IMG/VR virus record: IMGVR_UViG_3300045988_038298
Reading direction: 5' to 3' (one strand)
Length of the DNA stretch: 51,717 bases
From: a virus
Positions 8,797 through 17,826 of the stretch are shown piece after piece. The notes beneath the pieces are model-generated. The model was not told the origin of the DNA. It was given only the letters and a program-made list of their open reading frames with translations, and searched no databases. The number at the start of each line of letters is the position of its first letter. Within the stretch, counting starts at the first letter, position 1. Made by a program: the position numbers and the translations under genes.

Positions 8797-9150
8797 CTAT
8801 TCAATCTCTGATATATACCTGTCTACCAATTCACCATTTACGTATTTATTGGTTATTTCAACTCTTATCGAATCCCCCTCTTGACTATCTGCAAAACTTG
8901 GGCCGTTCATTCCACCGCTCGCATAATCGGCTTCTTCATAAGTCATGCCATCATATTCAACTTCTATTTCCCACTCCCATCGTGGACAAATAGTGAACCA
9001 TTTCTGCATATCTATGTAAGTGATGGTTGCATCCACATCTTCGTAGGTATATGTGATTTCCTCTTGTGGCTCACGGTTATTGTCTGAAACTTCGTCAGAA
9101 CAACCAACCAAGAAAATGCAAATTAGAATTAAACATAATATTTTCTTCAT
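8797..9150 (-). CDS. putative lipoprotein
   Basis: MKKILCLILICIFLVGCSDE is a signal peptide with lipobox LVGC; RBS aagagg. Confidence 0.65.
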   Translation of the reverse strand: MKKILCLILICIFLVGCSDEVSDNNREPQEEITYTYEDVDATITYIDMQKWFTICPRWEWEIEVEYDGMTYEEADYASGGMNGPSFADSQEGDSIRVEITNKYVNGELVDRYISEIE

Positions 9151-9179
9151 TTCCTTACCTCTTCTCCTTAAAAATGCGT

Positions 9180-9215
9180 AAAAAAATACCAACCACCGAA
9201 TATTGATGGTTGGTA
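9180..9215 (-). terminator. intrinsic terminator
   Basis: - strand UACCAACCAU-loop-GUGGUUGGUA followed by U7. Confidence 0.75.
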
Positions 9216-9224
9216 AAAGAATAT

Positions 9225-9482
9225 TTATTTTATTTTTGAACTTATTTCCATTCCAAGAATCTCTTCATTACTTGGCTTTCCTTCTTGGATTTTGTTTAGC
9301 AAATCAGTAATCATTTTTTCAAGTTGATCTACGTTATGCGCTAAGCTTCCATCCATTTGAGCTCCGTTTATTCCGATAACACGACCACTTCTTATTTGTT
9401 CAAGTTTGGTGCTTATTTCAAGTAGCTCTGATGAATATTTTTCACTGATTTTATACTCCAATTTCTTTTCACTCATTGGCAT
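9225..9482 (-). CDS. hypothetical coiled-coil protein (85 aa) in a moron-like unit
   Basis: ORF flanked by its own promoter and terminator. Confidence 0.55.
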   Translation of the reverse strand: MPMSEKKLEYKISEKYSSELLEISTKLEQIRSGRVIGINGAQMDGSLAHNVDQLEKMITDLLNKIQEGKPSNEEILGMEISSKIK

Positions 9483-9511
9483 TTCCTCCCGTACATTTAA
9501 TTTATACAGGA

Positions 9512-9540
9512 ATTATACCATTCCAACCATCAATATTCAA
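9512..9540 (-). promoter_or_regulatory. extended -10 promoter (TTGAAT-17-TGgTATAAT)
   Basis: - strand ttgaatattgatggttggaatggtataat. Confidence 0.6.
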
Positions 9541-9573
9541 TTGTCAAGGTGCTTTCATGATTTTTCTCCACGT

Positions 9574-9711
9574 TTACAAATATCTAAAGCACAATGCATA
9601 CATCTTTTGCTCCCAGTCGCACCGAGATAAAAGCTCGTCAAAATCCTTTTCCGGCATGAACTTTATCCCGTAATGCAATCTGGATATGAATTTATATAAT
9701 TCTTCAAACAT
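9574..9711 (-). CDS. small hypothetical protein (45 aa)
   Basis: Hand translation MFEELYKFISRLHYG...; AAGGAG 5 nt upstream of the ATG. Confidence 0.4.
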   Translation of the reverse strand: MFEELYKFISRLHYGIKFMPEKDFDELLSRCDWEQKMYALCFRYL

Positions 9712-9713
9712 TG

Positions 9714-10106
9714 CTACTCCTTGTATTTCTCCATAATCTCCATAATTGCTTTCATGTGTTCCGCTACTTCCGGCAAATCTTCATCACTGATTCTTCCGAT
9801 GCGATCATTTCTTTTCAATTCGGTTAACTCAAATATTCCGTTTTTAATAGAACAAAATGCCTTAGCAAGAAAAGTTTCTTTCTCAGCTTCACTATCACAC
9901 TCATAAAATACTTCTCTTTTGTCATGTTCTCCAAACTTATCCGTAAAGAATTTGGTTCGCTTTGGAGTGATTCTTGTAATTTGTGCCGGAAAAATCAGTT
10001 TATGCCGGAATGATAAACCCCATCCGTAGCTTACTTCTCTTGCAATACCTACCACATCTCCAACTTTCAATGTGTCTTTGTCTATCTCTTTTAATTCAAT
10101 GTTCAT
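9714..10106 (-). CDS. hypothetical protein (130 aa)
   Basis: ORF in operon. Confidence 0.55.
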   Translation of the reverse strand: MNIELKEIDKDTLKVGDVVGIAREVSYGWGLSFRHKLIFPAQITRITPKRTKFFTDKFGEHDKREVFYECDSEAEKETFLAKAFCSIKNGIFELTELKRNDRIGRISDEDLPEVAEHMKAIMEIMEKYKE

Positions 10107-10354
10107 TATTCATCTCTCCAATCAAATGCTTTTCCGCATTTAGGGCAATAATATATATCTGTCCCGTCAAGCACTCCCGGTTTATGTGTTGTTGTAAATC
10201 TTCTTTTACACTGCGGGCATTCCCACAACGAACAAGTATCGCTCCTGTTATGTAAAAAAATTGGTTTTTCCGGAATCTGTTTGCGGAGTGCCGCATCTAC
10301 CTCACTTGAATCGAATTGAATTTTATTTACTATTGCATCTGGTCTTTTAGCCAT
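10106..10354 (-). CDS. zinc-ribbon protein, paralog of 4415..4702
   Basis: ALRKQIPEKPI...CPQCKRRF...YCPKCGKAFDW. Confidence 0.55.
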   Translation of the reverse strand: MAKRPDAIVNKIQFDSSEVDAALRKQIPEKPIFLHNRSDTCSLWECPQCKRRFTTTHKPGVLDGTDIYYCPKCGKAFDWRDE

Positions 10355-10367
10355 ATTTTTCACCTTT

Positions 10368-11735
10368 CTACGCAAACCTTAATTGTTCTTCTGTATCATC
10401 AATTATCATGTTCGGCATTCGTTCACCGACTTTCAGATACGGACAGTTTGCTTCTACAAGCTTTTCTGCCATGATCGGCACAACACTGTTCCCAATTCTT
10501 GCAACTTGCTTTGCTATCGGATATTTCTTCCAGTTATAATCCCGGTCTATAATGTAATCTTTCGGAAATCCTTGCATCAGTTTTAGTTCTTCCGGTTTCA
10601 GCATCCTCAAAAAGATATCAGATATGATGTATTTCTCGCCCTTGATATCCAGGATTACATTCACCAGTCCAAAACGGTCTTTTGTTGTGATCGTATCAAG
10701 CGGTCTATCCAGTGTCTGTCCGCACCCACCGCCGTAATACTTAATCAGAAATGCTGATACCAATCCGAAATGCCCCGGAGATGTCGTAATTGTATGTAAT
10801 GGTTCATCACAGCCCTGTCCAATCCCCGTCTTGTAATACTTCGTGATAAATGCTGTCACAAGTCCGTATCTATTCGATGTATCAATCGTCTTGATCGGTT
10901 CTGTTAAACGCTGTCCTCTTGAATCACCGGCTCTCGTCTCTCCGTGATATTGAATGATATATGCCAGTGCTTCTCCACTCCTCACGATATAAGGAGATTC
11001 TGCATCGATAATATATTTCTTAATGCCGTTCGCAATTCTCTTCTGTGTAGCTTCTGCAAGTGGCTTCTTGCGGTCAAATATTGAACTGCCAAGATCTGAC
11101 CAGTCAATGTAATCTCCACAAGGTTTCCACTTCTTAAAGCCAATGCCGTCAGCACTGTGCGTTTGCTCTGGCCATCTGATTTCTTTTCCATCTCTACGGA
11201 ATACAGCGTACCATCTCTTTCTTGTAGTCGGTGCTCCGTAGTCCGCAGCTACCAATTCTCTACTACCGAAACGGTACCCGAGGCTCTTCATTGCTGTAAT
11301 GAATTTTTTATAATCCTCACCTTTCTTCTCCGGTATTGGATAACCTTTTTCATCTAACGGACCCCACTGTTGTATTTCCTCCACATTTTCCATCAACACC
11401 ACGTCTGGAAGAATCTCCTTTGCGTGTTTGTATACCGCCCACGGAAGAATCCGAAGTCCTTTTTCTCTTGGCTTGCCACCCTTTGCTTTGGAGTGGCTTG
11501 TACAATCTGGACTCGCCCACATAAGAGCCACATGCTGTCCTTTTACGTATTTCTTTAAGTTGACATTGAAAATATCCTCAGTCAGATGAAGTGTGTCCGG
11601 GTGGTTGGTCTTATGCATCAGAATAGCATCTGGATCATGGTTAATGGCTATGTCTACCGGTCTGCCGAGTACCATTTCTATTCCTACGGATGCACCACCG
11701 CCACCGGCAAAGGCGTCTATAATTAAATCTTTCAT
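10368..11735 (-). CDS. DNA (cytosine-5)-methyltransferase
   Basis: Motifs DAFAGGGG (I), SPDCTSHS (IV, catalytic Cys), MENVEE (VI), TTRKRWY (VIII), IGNSVVP (X). Confidence 0.85.
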   Translation of the reverse strand: MKDLIIDAFAGGGGASVGIEMVLGRPVDIAINHDPDAILMHKTNHPDTLHLTEDIFNVNLKKYVKGQHVALMWASPDCTSHSKAKGGKPREKGLRILPWAVYKHAKEILPDVVLMENVEEIQQWGPLDEKGYPIPEKKGEDYKKFITAMKSLGYRFGSRELVAADYGAPTTRKRWYAVFRRDGKEIRWPEQTHSADGIGFKKWKPCGDYIDWSDLGSSIFDRKKPLAEATQKRIANGIKKYIIDAESPYIVRSGEALAYIIQYHGETRAGDSRGQRLTEPIKTIDTSNRYGLVTAFITKYYKTGIGQGCDEPLHTITTSPGHFGLVSAFLIKYYGGGCGQTLDRPLDTITTKDRFGLVNVILDIKGEKYIISDIFLRMLKPEELKLMQGFPKDYIIDRDYNWKKYPIAKQVARIGNSVVPIMAEKLVEANCPYLKVGERMPNMIIDDTEEQLRFA

Positions 11736-12856
11736 TTCGGCATTACCTCCAGGAAATCACTGATACTCATTTGTCCTTTAATATGTCCTACACCAGACTT
11801 TTCCTCTTCCATTCGTTTCTTCTTGTACTCATTATATTTCTTTCTGTACTCATAACTCCTGCCGAAAATGTTCCATGCTGCTTTTACTACATTCGGTTCA
11901 TAAGGTCTGATTTTCTCCAAATCATCCACAGCTTTGTATGATATAGGGCAACCGCAACATCCTGTTCTTGTCAGTCCGTATACCTCATAAGCATCAGAAT
12001 ACTTGATTCCGTAATAGTTTTTGTACCATTCCTTATCTTTGTCAGATACATAATAAAGAGGTCTCAAACGATACTGTCCGCTTGCAGTCTCAGTGAAGCA
12101 CAATGCTGTATTATCCTTTCTTGGAACTGATCTCATTCCACCTTCATCTCTTCGTTCTCCGGTTATCACCATGTCGTATGATTTCTGAACCTTATGAGCA
12201 ATTTGCTTTTTGCAGTAGTCACAACATTTCGCACTTATCATAAAATCCGGTGGATATTCCTCAATAAAATCGCGCATATACTTTGAAGAGTTGATTACTA
12301 GTTGAATGTTCGGTCTTGGTTCTCCTTTAGAATTGCAGCAACAAAGAAAGTTGATTAAACTCTCACACTTCGGATATCTTTCTTTCAGTTCTTTTCTCTT
12401 TGCCGCTTTATCCTTTGCCTGGTCGTACTCTTGAGCAATAGACAGTGGAACTCCTTTTTTCTGCCAATCTGATAATCCTCCAGACATAATCTTTGATACA
12501 AATGGAATTCCATATTTTCTAGTGGATTGCACGATATTGATTTTCGGTCTTACTTCTTCAATCTCAACACCATATTTCTCAGCAACATCTTTCACATGGT
12601 CTTTTGTTGCTTTCATTTCCAATCCAGTGTTGAAAAACACATATTTGATTGGTGGAAGTTCAAATATCCGTCTCGTCCTTTCAATCAGGTCAATCATAAT
12701 GTCACTATCAGCACCGCCAGAGTAGGAACAAATAGCATTAGGATGTTCCCTCAATCTTTTTGCGATAATACTCTTAATTGCTTCAAATTTTGCCGGAGAA
12801 TCAAAGTCTGCATAATCCGGTCTATCTGTGTATACTTTACTTACTCCTGTTTTCAT
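11732..12856 (-). CDS. PAPS-reductase-like PP-loop ATP pyrophosphatase with C-terminal Cys cluster (IbrA/DndC-like)
   Basis: SYSGGADSD PP-loop; CCGCP and CDYC clusters; ATGA overlap with the methyltransferase start. Confidence 0.7.
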   Translation of the reverse strand: MKTGVSKVYTDRPDYADFDSPAKFEAIKSIIAKRLREHPNAICSYSGGADSDIMIDLIERTRRIFELPPIKYVFFNTGLEMKATKDHVKDVAEKYGVEIEEVRPKINIVQSTRKYGIPFVSKIMSGGLSDWQKKGVPLSIAQEYDQAKDKAAKRKELKERYPKCESLINFLCCCNSKGEPRPNIQLVINSSKYMRDFIEEYPPDFMISAKCCDYCKKQIAHKVQKSYDMVITGERRDEGGMRSVPRKDNTALCFTETASGQYRLRPLYYVSDKDKEWYKNYYGIKYSDAYEVYGLTRTGCCGCPISYKAVDDLEKIRPYEPNVVKAAWNIFGRSYEYRKKYNEYKKKRMEEEKSGVGHIKGQMSISDFLEVMPK

Positions 12857-12921
12857 CTTCTCGAAAGGAGCCGATATATCTTTGCCCGGCCGGAGCTCCG
12901 TCTCCTTTCTGTAATTTAATG

Positions 12922-13080
12922 TTATTTATTGCAAAGCGTATCAACCAACTCTGCTACAAGATCTACACACTGTTCACTTATGCTATCTCGCTGCGTCACA
13001 TCTTCTGCACAATTAATATCGTTCGCTTCGATAAATTCATGCAGTTTGCAAAGCACCTGCTCTTCTCTTACTGTCATCAT
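12922..13080 (-). CDS. small acidic hypothetical protein (52 aa)
   Basis: Hand translation MMTVREEQVLCKLHEF...; start overlaps the upstream TGA. Confidence 0.4.
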   Translation of the reverse strand: MMTVREEQVLCKLHEFIEANDINCAEDVTQRDSISEQCVDLVAELVDTLCNK

Positions 13081-13295
13081 CACTTCACCTCATTTGCAAG
13101 CTGGAATCCCATTCTTGCCACATTCCTAAGATTGTCCTTAATCAGTGACTTATTCGGCTGTCTGTGGGAACACAACCATTGCATGTCTCGGTCATCCTCC
13201 CAGTCTTTGGCATTCCATTCGTCCAAATACTCATACTCAGCTTTCGCCACCTGTAAGCATTGAATCATGTAATCTATCTTTTCTCCTGTGTTCAT
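13080..13295 (-). CDS. hypothetical protein (71 aa)
   Basis: Start MNTGEK after RBS aaggag. Confidence 0.5.
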   Translation of the reverse strand: MNTGEKIDYMIQCLQVAKAEYEYLDEWNAKDWEDDRDMQWLCSHRQPNKSLIKDNLRNVARMGFQLANEVK

Positions 13296-13297
13296 GA

Positions 13298-13885
13298 CTA
13301 CTCCTTTACTACGCATCTGCGCTCGCTGATTGCATAATATTTTCCATCATGCTCTGAACAGTATTTCTTAAGGATTTCTGCCTTTTTCGCATCCACTGAT
13401 TTAATATAAGTTTCAACTTTTTCTTCGTGTTTCAAGATATGAGTATCAGCTTCGATAATCAGCACACACCACGTAAACTCCGTCTCAACATCTTTTTTCT
13501 CATGGTCTTGCTTCCACTGTTTGAGGATTTCAACAACTTGTTCAGGGTATTTTTTTAAAAATTTATTGCAGAAAATATCTTCACCATTATTAAGTCTACT
13601 GAACTTGCATTCAGAACATGAAATACTTTCACACATTTCACACTTAAGCCTAATTGTTTCTTCCGCTGTCAGTTCGTCCTCTACTAATCCTTCAAACATT
13701 TCGTCTGTCCAGTAATAGAGATTATCATTGATTTCGTATCGTTGCTTTTCGTTTTCTACTTTTTTAATCTCAACAATGCTTCCGTGCAGTTCTGCCATAT
13801 TTCTATTTGCGCCACACTTACCATATTGCCCGTATTCTTCCAAGTCTCTTCTAACTCTTACCTTGTCTCCAACTTTGTATTTCAT
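13298..13885 (-). CDS. hypothetical protein (195 aa)
   Basis: Start MKYKVGDK after RBS aagagagg; ATGA overlap with the upstream small ORF. Confidence 0.5.
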   Translation of the reverse strand: MKYKVGDKVRVRRDLEEYGQYGKCGANRNMAELHGSIVEIKKVENEKQRYEINDNLYYWTDEMFEGLVEDELTAEETIRLKCEMCESISCSECKFSRLNNGEDIFCNKFLKKYPEQVVEILKQWKQDHEKKDVETEFTWCVLIIEADTHILKHEEKVETYIKSVDAKKAEILKKYCSEHDGKYYAISERRCVVKE

Positions 13886-13998
13886 TTCGTGCCTCTCTTT
13901 CTCAGTTTTTCTAACAGATTCTTTCTCTTCTGTTTCTTCTCTTTCCATCGTCTCAGGTACTCAATCTGCGCCTGATCCTCTTTCTCTTGTCTATTCAT
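13882..13998 (-). CDS. small basic protein (38 aa)
   Basis: MNRQEKEDQAQIEYLRRWKEKKQKRK...; fills the gap between neighbouring genes. Confidence 0.35.
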   Translation of the reverse strand: MNRQEKEDQAQIEYLRRWKEKKQKRKNLLEKLRKRGTK

Positions 13999-14003
13999 GG
14001 TCT

Positions 14004-14447
14004 TTATCCCTTGTACAGTTTCGGAAGTGGCATCCATGCTGTCACCTTGTACAGTGAACAACCGCCATGTCCGTTTGAATATCTGTCCCACTCAAGGTAT
14101 CCATACTGTCTATCAAGCCAGTGCTTTTCCTCATCCTCATCAAATACCTTGATGTAACACCCAACGCTGTATTCTCTGTATCCGTTACCGCTCTTGGATG
14201 CGATTGTTGTAAGGACATCACTTTCATCTTCCGGGAGTCTTTCCGTTACTGGAATCCATCTACAATCCTCATCGGCATCATCAATCTTACACATCTTCTC
14301 GACATACTTTCTGACATTCTCTGTTGCCAGTAGGATTCCTTCATCCTTGCGATCAGGGTTCAGCTCATCCGCTCTTTCTCCCTTTAGTTCTTCCTCGGTT
14401 TCATTCAGCCATGAAAGAAATTCTTCTACATCAAGTGTCTTACCCAT
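14004..14447 (-). CDS. DUF551-like protein
   Basis: RWIPVTERLPEDESDVL...AWMPLPKLYKG; second DUF551-like paralog. Confidence 0.6.
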   Translation of the reverse strand: MGKTLDVEEFLSWLNETEEELKGERADELNPDRKDEGILLATENVRKYVEKMCKIDDADEDCRWIPVTERLPEDESDVLTTIASKSGNGYREYSVGCYIKVFDEDEEKHWLDRQYGYLEWDRYSNGHGGCSLYKVTAWMPLPKLYKG

Positions 14448-14775
14448 TGTTTCTCCTTCCGCCGGTTGCAACGTACTCTCCGTAACTCATTCCAAGCTTT
14501 CTTGCTTCTGCTGCAATCCTTGCTATCTCATTTTGGTACTTTGGCTCTCTTGCAGCCTTTTTCTTTTTCGACATGGCTCTCTTTCTCTTCTCCCATTCCG
14601 CTTTCTTCTGTTCGGCAGTTAATGCTCTGTATCTTGCCTTACCTCTCTCACAAGACTTTTTTCTACTGGCTTCTGCACAGCAAGCCTTGCTGCAATACTT
14701 CTTTCGATTGCCGACTATCTCAAATTCTTTTCCGCAGACTGAGCATACAGCCCAGCTGCTTTTTATCTCTGCCAT
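14440..14775 (-). CDS. basic zinc-ribbon protein (single CxxCG..YCSxxC unit)
   Basis: CSVCGKEFEIVGNRKKYCSKAC; same unit as the repeats in 487..1113. Confidence 0.55.
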   Translation of the reverse strand: MAEIKSSWAVCSVCGKEFEIVGNRKKYCSKACCAEASRKKSCERGKARYRALTAEQKKAEWEKRKRAMSKKKKAAREPKYQNEIARIAAEARKLGMSYGEYVATGGRRNNG

Positions 14776-14781
14776 TCTTAA

Positions 14782-15585
14782 TCACCTTCCTAGCAACTTA
14801 CTTTCCAGATCATCCATGTCATAATGCCGTCTCTCAAAGTTGTTATTGTTCTTCGTTGCTGGTTTCTTATCGTGCCGTTCATCATACTTTCCTTCAAGCA
14901 CCTTCACAAAGTTGTTCGGATTGATGAACCAATCGAAGTTCAGTGAGAACCTTGTATCTGTTTTTCCCTGAAGGAAGTCACTCTGTTTGACCTTATCAAC
15001 AGCTTGTATCACTTTCTCTTCTCCGAATTGCTCAAGTAAGGCAATCAGTGAAGTACATCTCTTAGAGCCTTGATTGATCCTGTAAATCATTTTGATACCG
15101 TAAGGCTCTAGCTGATTCCATGCATCGATGATGGATTGAATGCTATGCTGCTTTATAGATACGTTAGTATCTATATATTCTTTCTTTCTTCCTTTCTTCC
15201 CTTCTTCTATTGTTGTCACTTGCTTGTCACTTGCTTGTCGGTTGCTTGTCGGTTGCTTGTCACTTTGCGTGTCACTCGATTGATACGAACAGTAATTATT
15301 CACCGTAAATACGCTGAATTTGTTATATTTTTTGCTTGTCACTTCGCCTGTCGATTCTAGGTGTTTTATTGCTGTTCTTATCTCTCTAACTGAAAGGTTA
15401 GTTTCTTCAGATAATTTGGCTAAAGAAGATACGAATGACCCCCTTTTTATCTCAATTCCTAAGAAAAATCCGTCCTTCCAGTTCGCTTTTAAAAGCATGT
15501 GTATGAACAATCTGGAAGTGTTTTTGTCTTTGTACCACCCCCACTCGAGGAGTGACCGATTAATCTTTATGTAATCGCCTTTCAT
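14782..15585 (-). CDS. phage replisome organizer / replication initiator (conserved phage C-terminus type)
   Basis: N-terminal wHTH-like IKINRSLLEW...; C-terminal DAWNQL...FLQGK...FDWF..P.NF.KVLEGKY. Confidence 0.65.
   Translation of the reverse strand: MKGDYIKINRSLLEWGWYKDKNTSRLFIHMLLKANWKDGFFLGIEIKRGSFVSSLAKLSEETNLSVREIRTAIKHLESTGEVTSKKYNKFSVFTVNNYCSYQSSDTQSDKQPTSNRQASDKQVTTIEEGKKGRKKEYIDTNVSIKQHSIQSIIDAWNQLEPYGIKMIYRINQGSKRCTSLIALLEQFGEEKVIQAVDKVKQSDFLQGKTDTRFSLNFDWFINPNNFVKVLEGKYDERHDKKPATKNNNNFERRHYDMDDLESKLLGR
15213..15356. repeat. iteron array (candidate replication origin) inside the replisome organizer gene
   Basis: ttgtcacttgc x2, ttgtcggttgc x2, ttgtcactttgc and gtgtcactcg in tandem at 15213-15278; two more units at 15335-15356; AT-rich flanks. 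Confidence 0.6.
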
Positions 15586-15883
15586 ATAATTTCATCCAAT
15601 CTTCCATTGTCATTGTGACCAGCCAATCCTTGTGATTCTTCCGATGCATTACCGTAGGCATTTCGCCCTCTCTCGCATCGTTTATGGACTGTTCCACAGC
15701 TTCATAGATGTTAAGCTTCTCTACCCTCTTGCACTCAATATGGATGCCAGGAAGACCGACTACATCCGCATCTCCATTGGATCCACAGAACTGCTGCCCT
15801 CTCCGGCAATCATATCCATATCTGTCTTTAAGCAGATTTGCTAACTCTCTTTCTCCCTCTTTCCCTTTTCGGTTTGAGTTCAT
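15560..15883 (-). CDS. PD-(D/E)XK Holliday-junction-resolvase-like nuclease
   Basis: GKEGERELANLL...GDADVVGLPGIHIECK (D...ExK). Confidence 0.55.
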   Translation of the reverse strand: MNSNRKGKEGERELANLLKDRYGYDCRRGQQFCGSNGDADVVGLPGIHIECKRVEKLNIYEAVEQSINDAREGEMPTVMHRKNHKDWLVTMTMEDWMKLYERRLHKD

Positions 15884-16202
15884 CTGTGTCTACCTCCATG
15901 TTGCAATTCTTGGCTGTTCGCCTTGCTGTTTTTAGTGCCCAGCCGATACTCTTCAACCGGCTTTCTTCTTGTCTGATATACTTCATCAGCATCATTCTTT
16001 CTTCTAAGATATTCATGTCTGGAATGAAGTACCCTCTTCCATCTTGCATGTTGAGAATCGGTATATCTCGTCTTGCATAATGGATCATGTCTCTAATTGT
16101 TCTATCGTCTATTCCGGTCAGATCAGACAATTCAGCTCTCGTGATTGCTCTGTCATGTCCGGTTCTGATGTAATCTAATATGTCAATATCGTAAGTCTGC
16201 AT
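15828..16202 (-). CDS. winged-HTH-like DNA-binding protein
   Basis: RAITRAELSDLTGIDDRTIRDMIHYARR. Confidence 0.45.
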   Translation of the reverse strand: MQTYDIDILDYIRTGHDRAITRAELSDLTGIDDRTIRDMIHYARRDIPILNMQDGRGYFIPDMNILEERMMLMKYIRQEESRLKSIGWALKTARRTAKNCNMEVDTDELKPKRERGRKRVSKSA

Positions 16203-16331
16203 TGTTCTCCTTTCTCTCCCCGGACAAGCCGAGGAGACGAATCATCATGGCTCTGATTAAGGATTGTGACATGCTGTTCAGTCAGCCATTAGGAGTTCAT
16301 ATATCAACCTTATCCGCAAGGTTAATACCTG

Positions 16332-16640
16332 TTATAACCAAGACTTTCCGAACACCTCTCTGAACTCTTCTCTGCTGCATATATGCTCTTCGAAATATCG
16401 TTGAGCCATCTGCTTAAGCTCCAAGTCCAGTCCATGATTCGGATTGTCATGTACGCTCCCCTTTTGAAATTCATGGAGATACGGTGCAAGGGGAATCACA
16501 AATCCGTATCTCTCAGATATCTTTCTTCTGCTGCCACAAAAGATATGGTGTATGTGTGGATAAGGATATCCAGTGAAGAAGCAGTGGTCCATATCATCAG
16601 TGAACACACTTTTCAATCGTTTAGCCAATGTCCACACCAT
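16332..16640 (-). CDS. small HNH-like / His-Cys protein
   Basis: HCFFTG...HIHHIF...IPLAPYLH...H pattern. Confidence 0.4.
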   Translation of the reverse strand: MVWTLAKRLKSVFTDDMDHCFFTGYPYPHIHHIFCGSRRKISERYGFVIPLAPYLHEFQKGSVHDNPNHGLDLELKQMAQRYFEEHICSREEFREVFGKSWL

Positions 16641-17196
16641 ATCTTTCTTTCAGTAATCTCTTTTCATCCGGTGTAGCAATCGCAGCATCCGGCATTCCTA
16701 CTTCTTTGCAACTTGTAATCAGTCCGTCAATTAATCTTGCCATCTCCGCGCTATCATAAGTATGAGATCCTCTCAGAAGCTTATAGGTCCGATATGTAAT
16801 CCCATCATTTCCTTCTCTTATCTGGGAAGTTGGTTGTAAGTGATAATCCGTGGCATTCCTGACTTTTCTTTCAGCTTCTTCCGTATCTGGGATTGTCATA
16901 TATACCGCTTTTCCTTCGAATATCTCTGGCTGACCATACCGGCACAACATTAGATTATGTGCTTCTGGATTTGACAGGCTTATTGCTTTTGCAAACTTAC
17001 CGAGCAGCACCCAGTAGTAGGCATTCGCATCCAGACTCCTTTTCCTTCTGTATCGCTTGATTTCAAGGCTTAACTTTTCACAGTCTTTCAATTCCTCATA
17101 TGCCTGTGTAAAGTCTTCCTGCGGCTCAAATAGAATGGTCAGTCGCCGTGTAGCAAAGTCAATAATTGGCTCTTTTAACTTTCCGGTGAACTTCAT
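16621..17196 (-). CDS. NinB/Orf-like recombination protein (tentative)
   Basis: KRSLDANAYYWVLLGKFA resembles the NinB RSL.QN..W motif. Confidence 0.45.
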   Translation of the reverse strand: MKFTGKLKEPIIDFATRRLTILFEPQEDFTQAYEELKDCEKLSLEIKRYRRKRSLDANAYYWVLLGKFAKAISLSNPEAHNLMLCRYGQPEIFEGKAVYMTIPDTEEAERKVRNATDYHLQPTSQIREGNDGITYRTYKLLRGSHTYDSAEMARLIDGLITSCKEVGMPDAAIATPDEKRLLKERYGVDIG

Positions 17197-17826
17197 TTAT
17201 ACACTACAACTCTCCTTCAACTCTTTTACGTGATCAAAAGCATTCTTATACTGGTTAATCGTCAGCGCTTCTATTTTCTGCACTTTATACAATACAAGTA
17301 CTTTACTTTCATCAATTCCATTTTCAGTAAACAAACTCCGAAGAGAATTAATATGATTTTGATTAATCTTTATATTGCTGCTTGTACTCTTCCCATCTTT
17401 CTGATCAGACTTGTCTTGATTCTTCTGCTTTTCATATTCATCAGAATCAGGATCTTTCACATCATCCAAAAGAAACAAACCATTCAATGCGTATTTTCTT
17501 GCATAGCTGGATACTGATCCAGTAATCTGCGCTTCATCCATTCCTTTCTTTTCCTCTGATTCTCTCGCATAAGCAGTTACAGAAATCTCCTCATCTGATT
17601 CGCAATCAACCAAAGTTGCTGTGGCTTTTATATACACCTTCCCAGCAACTTCCACAATTTCGTCTTTCAGCGTCAGAAAGACCTTTAAATCCTTTTCATA
17701 TTTCTTGAATTCAGCAAGAATCGTCTCCGCATTTCGATAATAGAATTTACCAAATTTATTATATTGATCTTTGGGGACTTTCATATCCTGCTGCAGTTTG
17801 GATAACTTTTCTCCAATCTCCATCAA
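17197..17826 (-). CDS. ERF-family single-strand annealing protein
   Basis: FYYRNAETIL...ITGSVSSYARKYALNGLFLLDD. Confidence 0.7.
   Translation of the reverse strand: MMEIGEKLSKLQQDMKVPKDQYNKFGKFYYRNAETILAEFKKYEKDLKVFLTLKDEIVEVAGKVYIKATATLVDCESDEEISVTAYARESEEKKGMDEAQITGSVSSYARKYALNGLFLLDDVKDPDSDEYEKQKNQDKSDQKDGKSTSSNIKINQNHINSLRSLFTENGIDESKVLVLYKVQKIEALTINQYKNAFDHVKELKESCSV

Noticed and set aside
15213-15278. Short tandem repeats considered as a CRISPR-like array.
   Set aside because: The units are about 11 bp with no spacers, and they lie inside a coding linker. They are iterons, not a CRISPR array. No CRISPR array was seen anywhere in the window.
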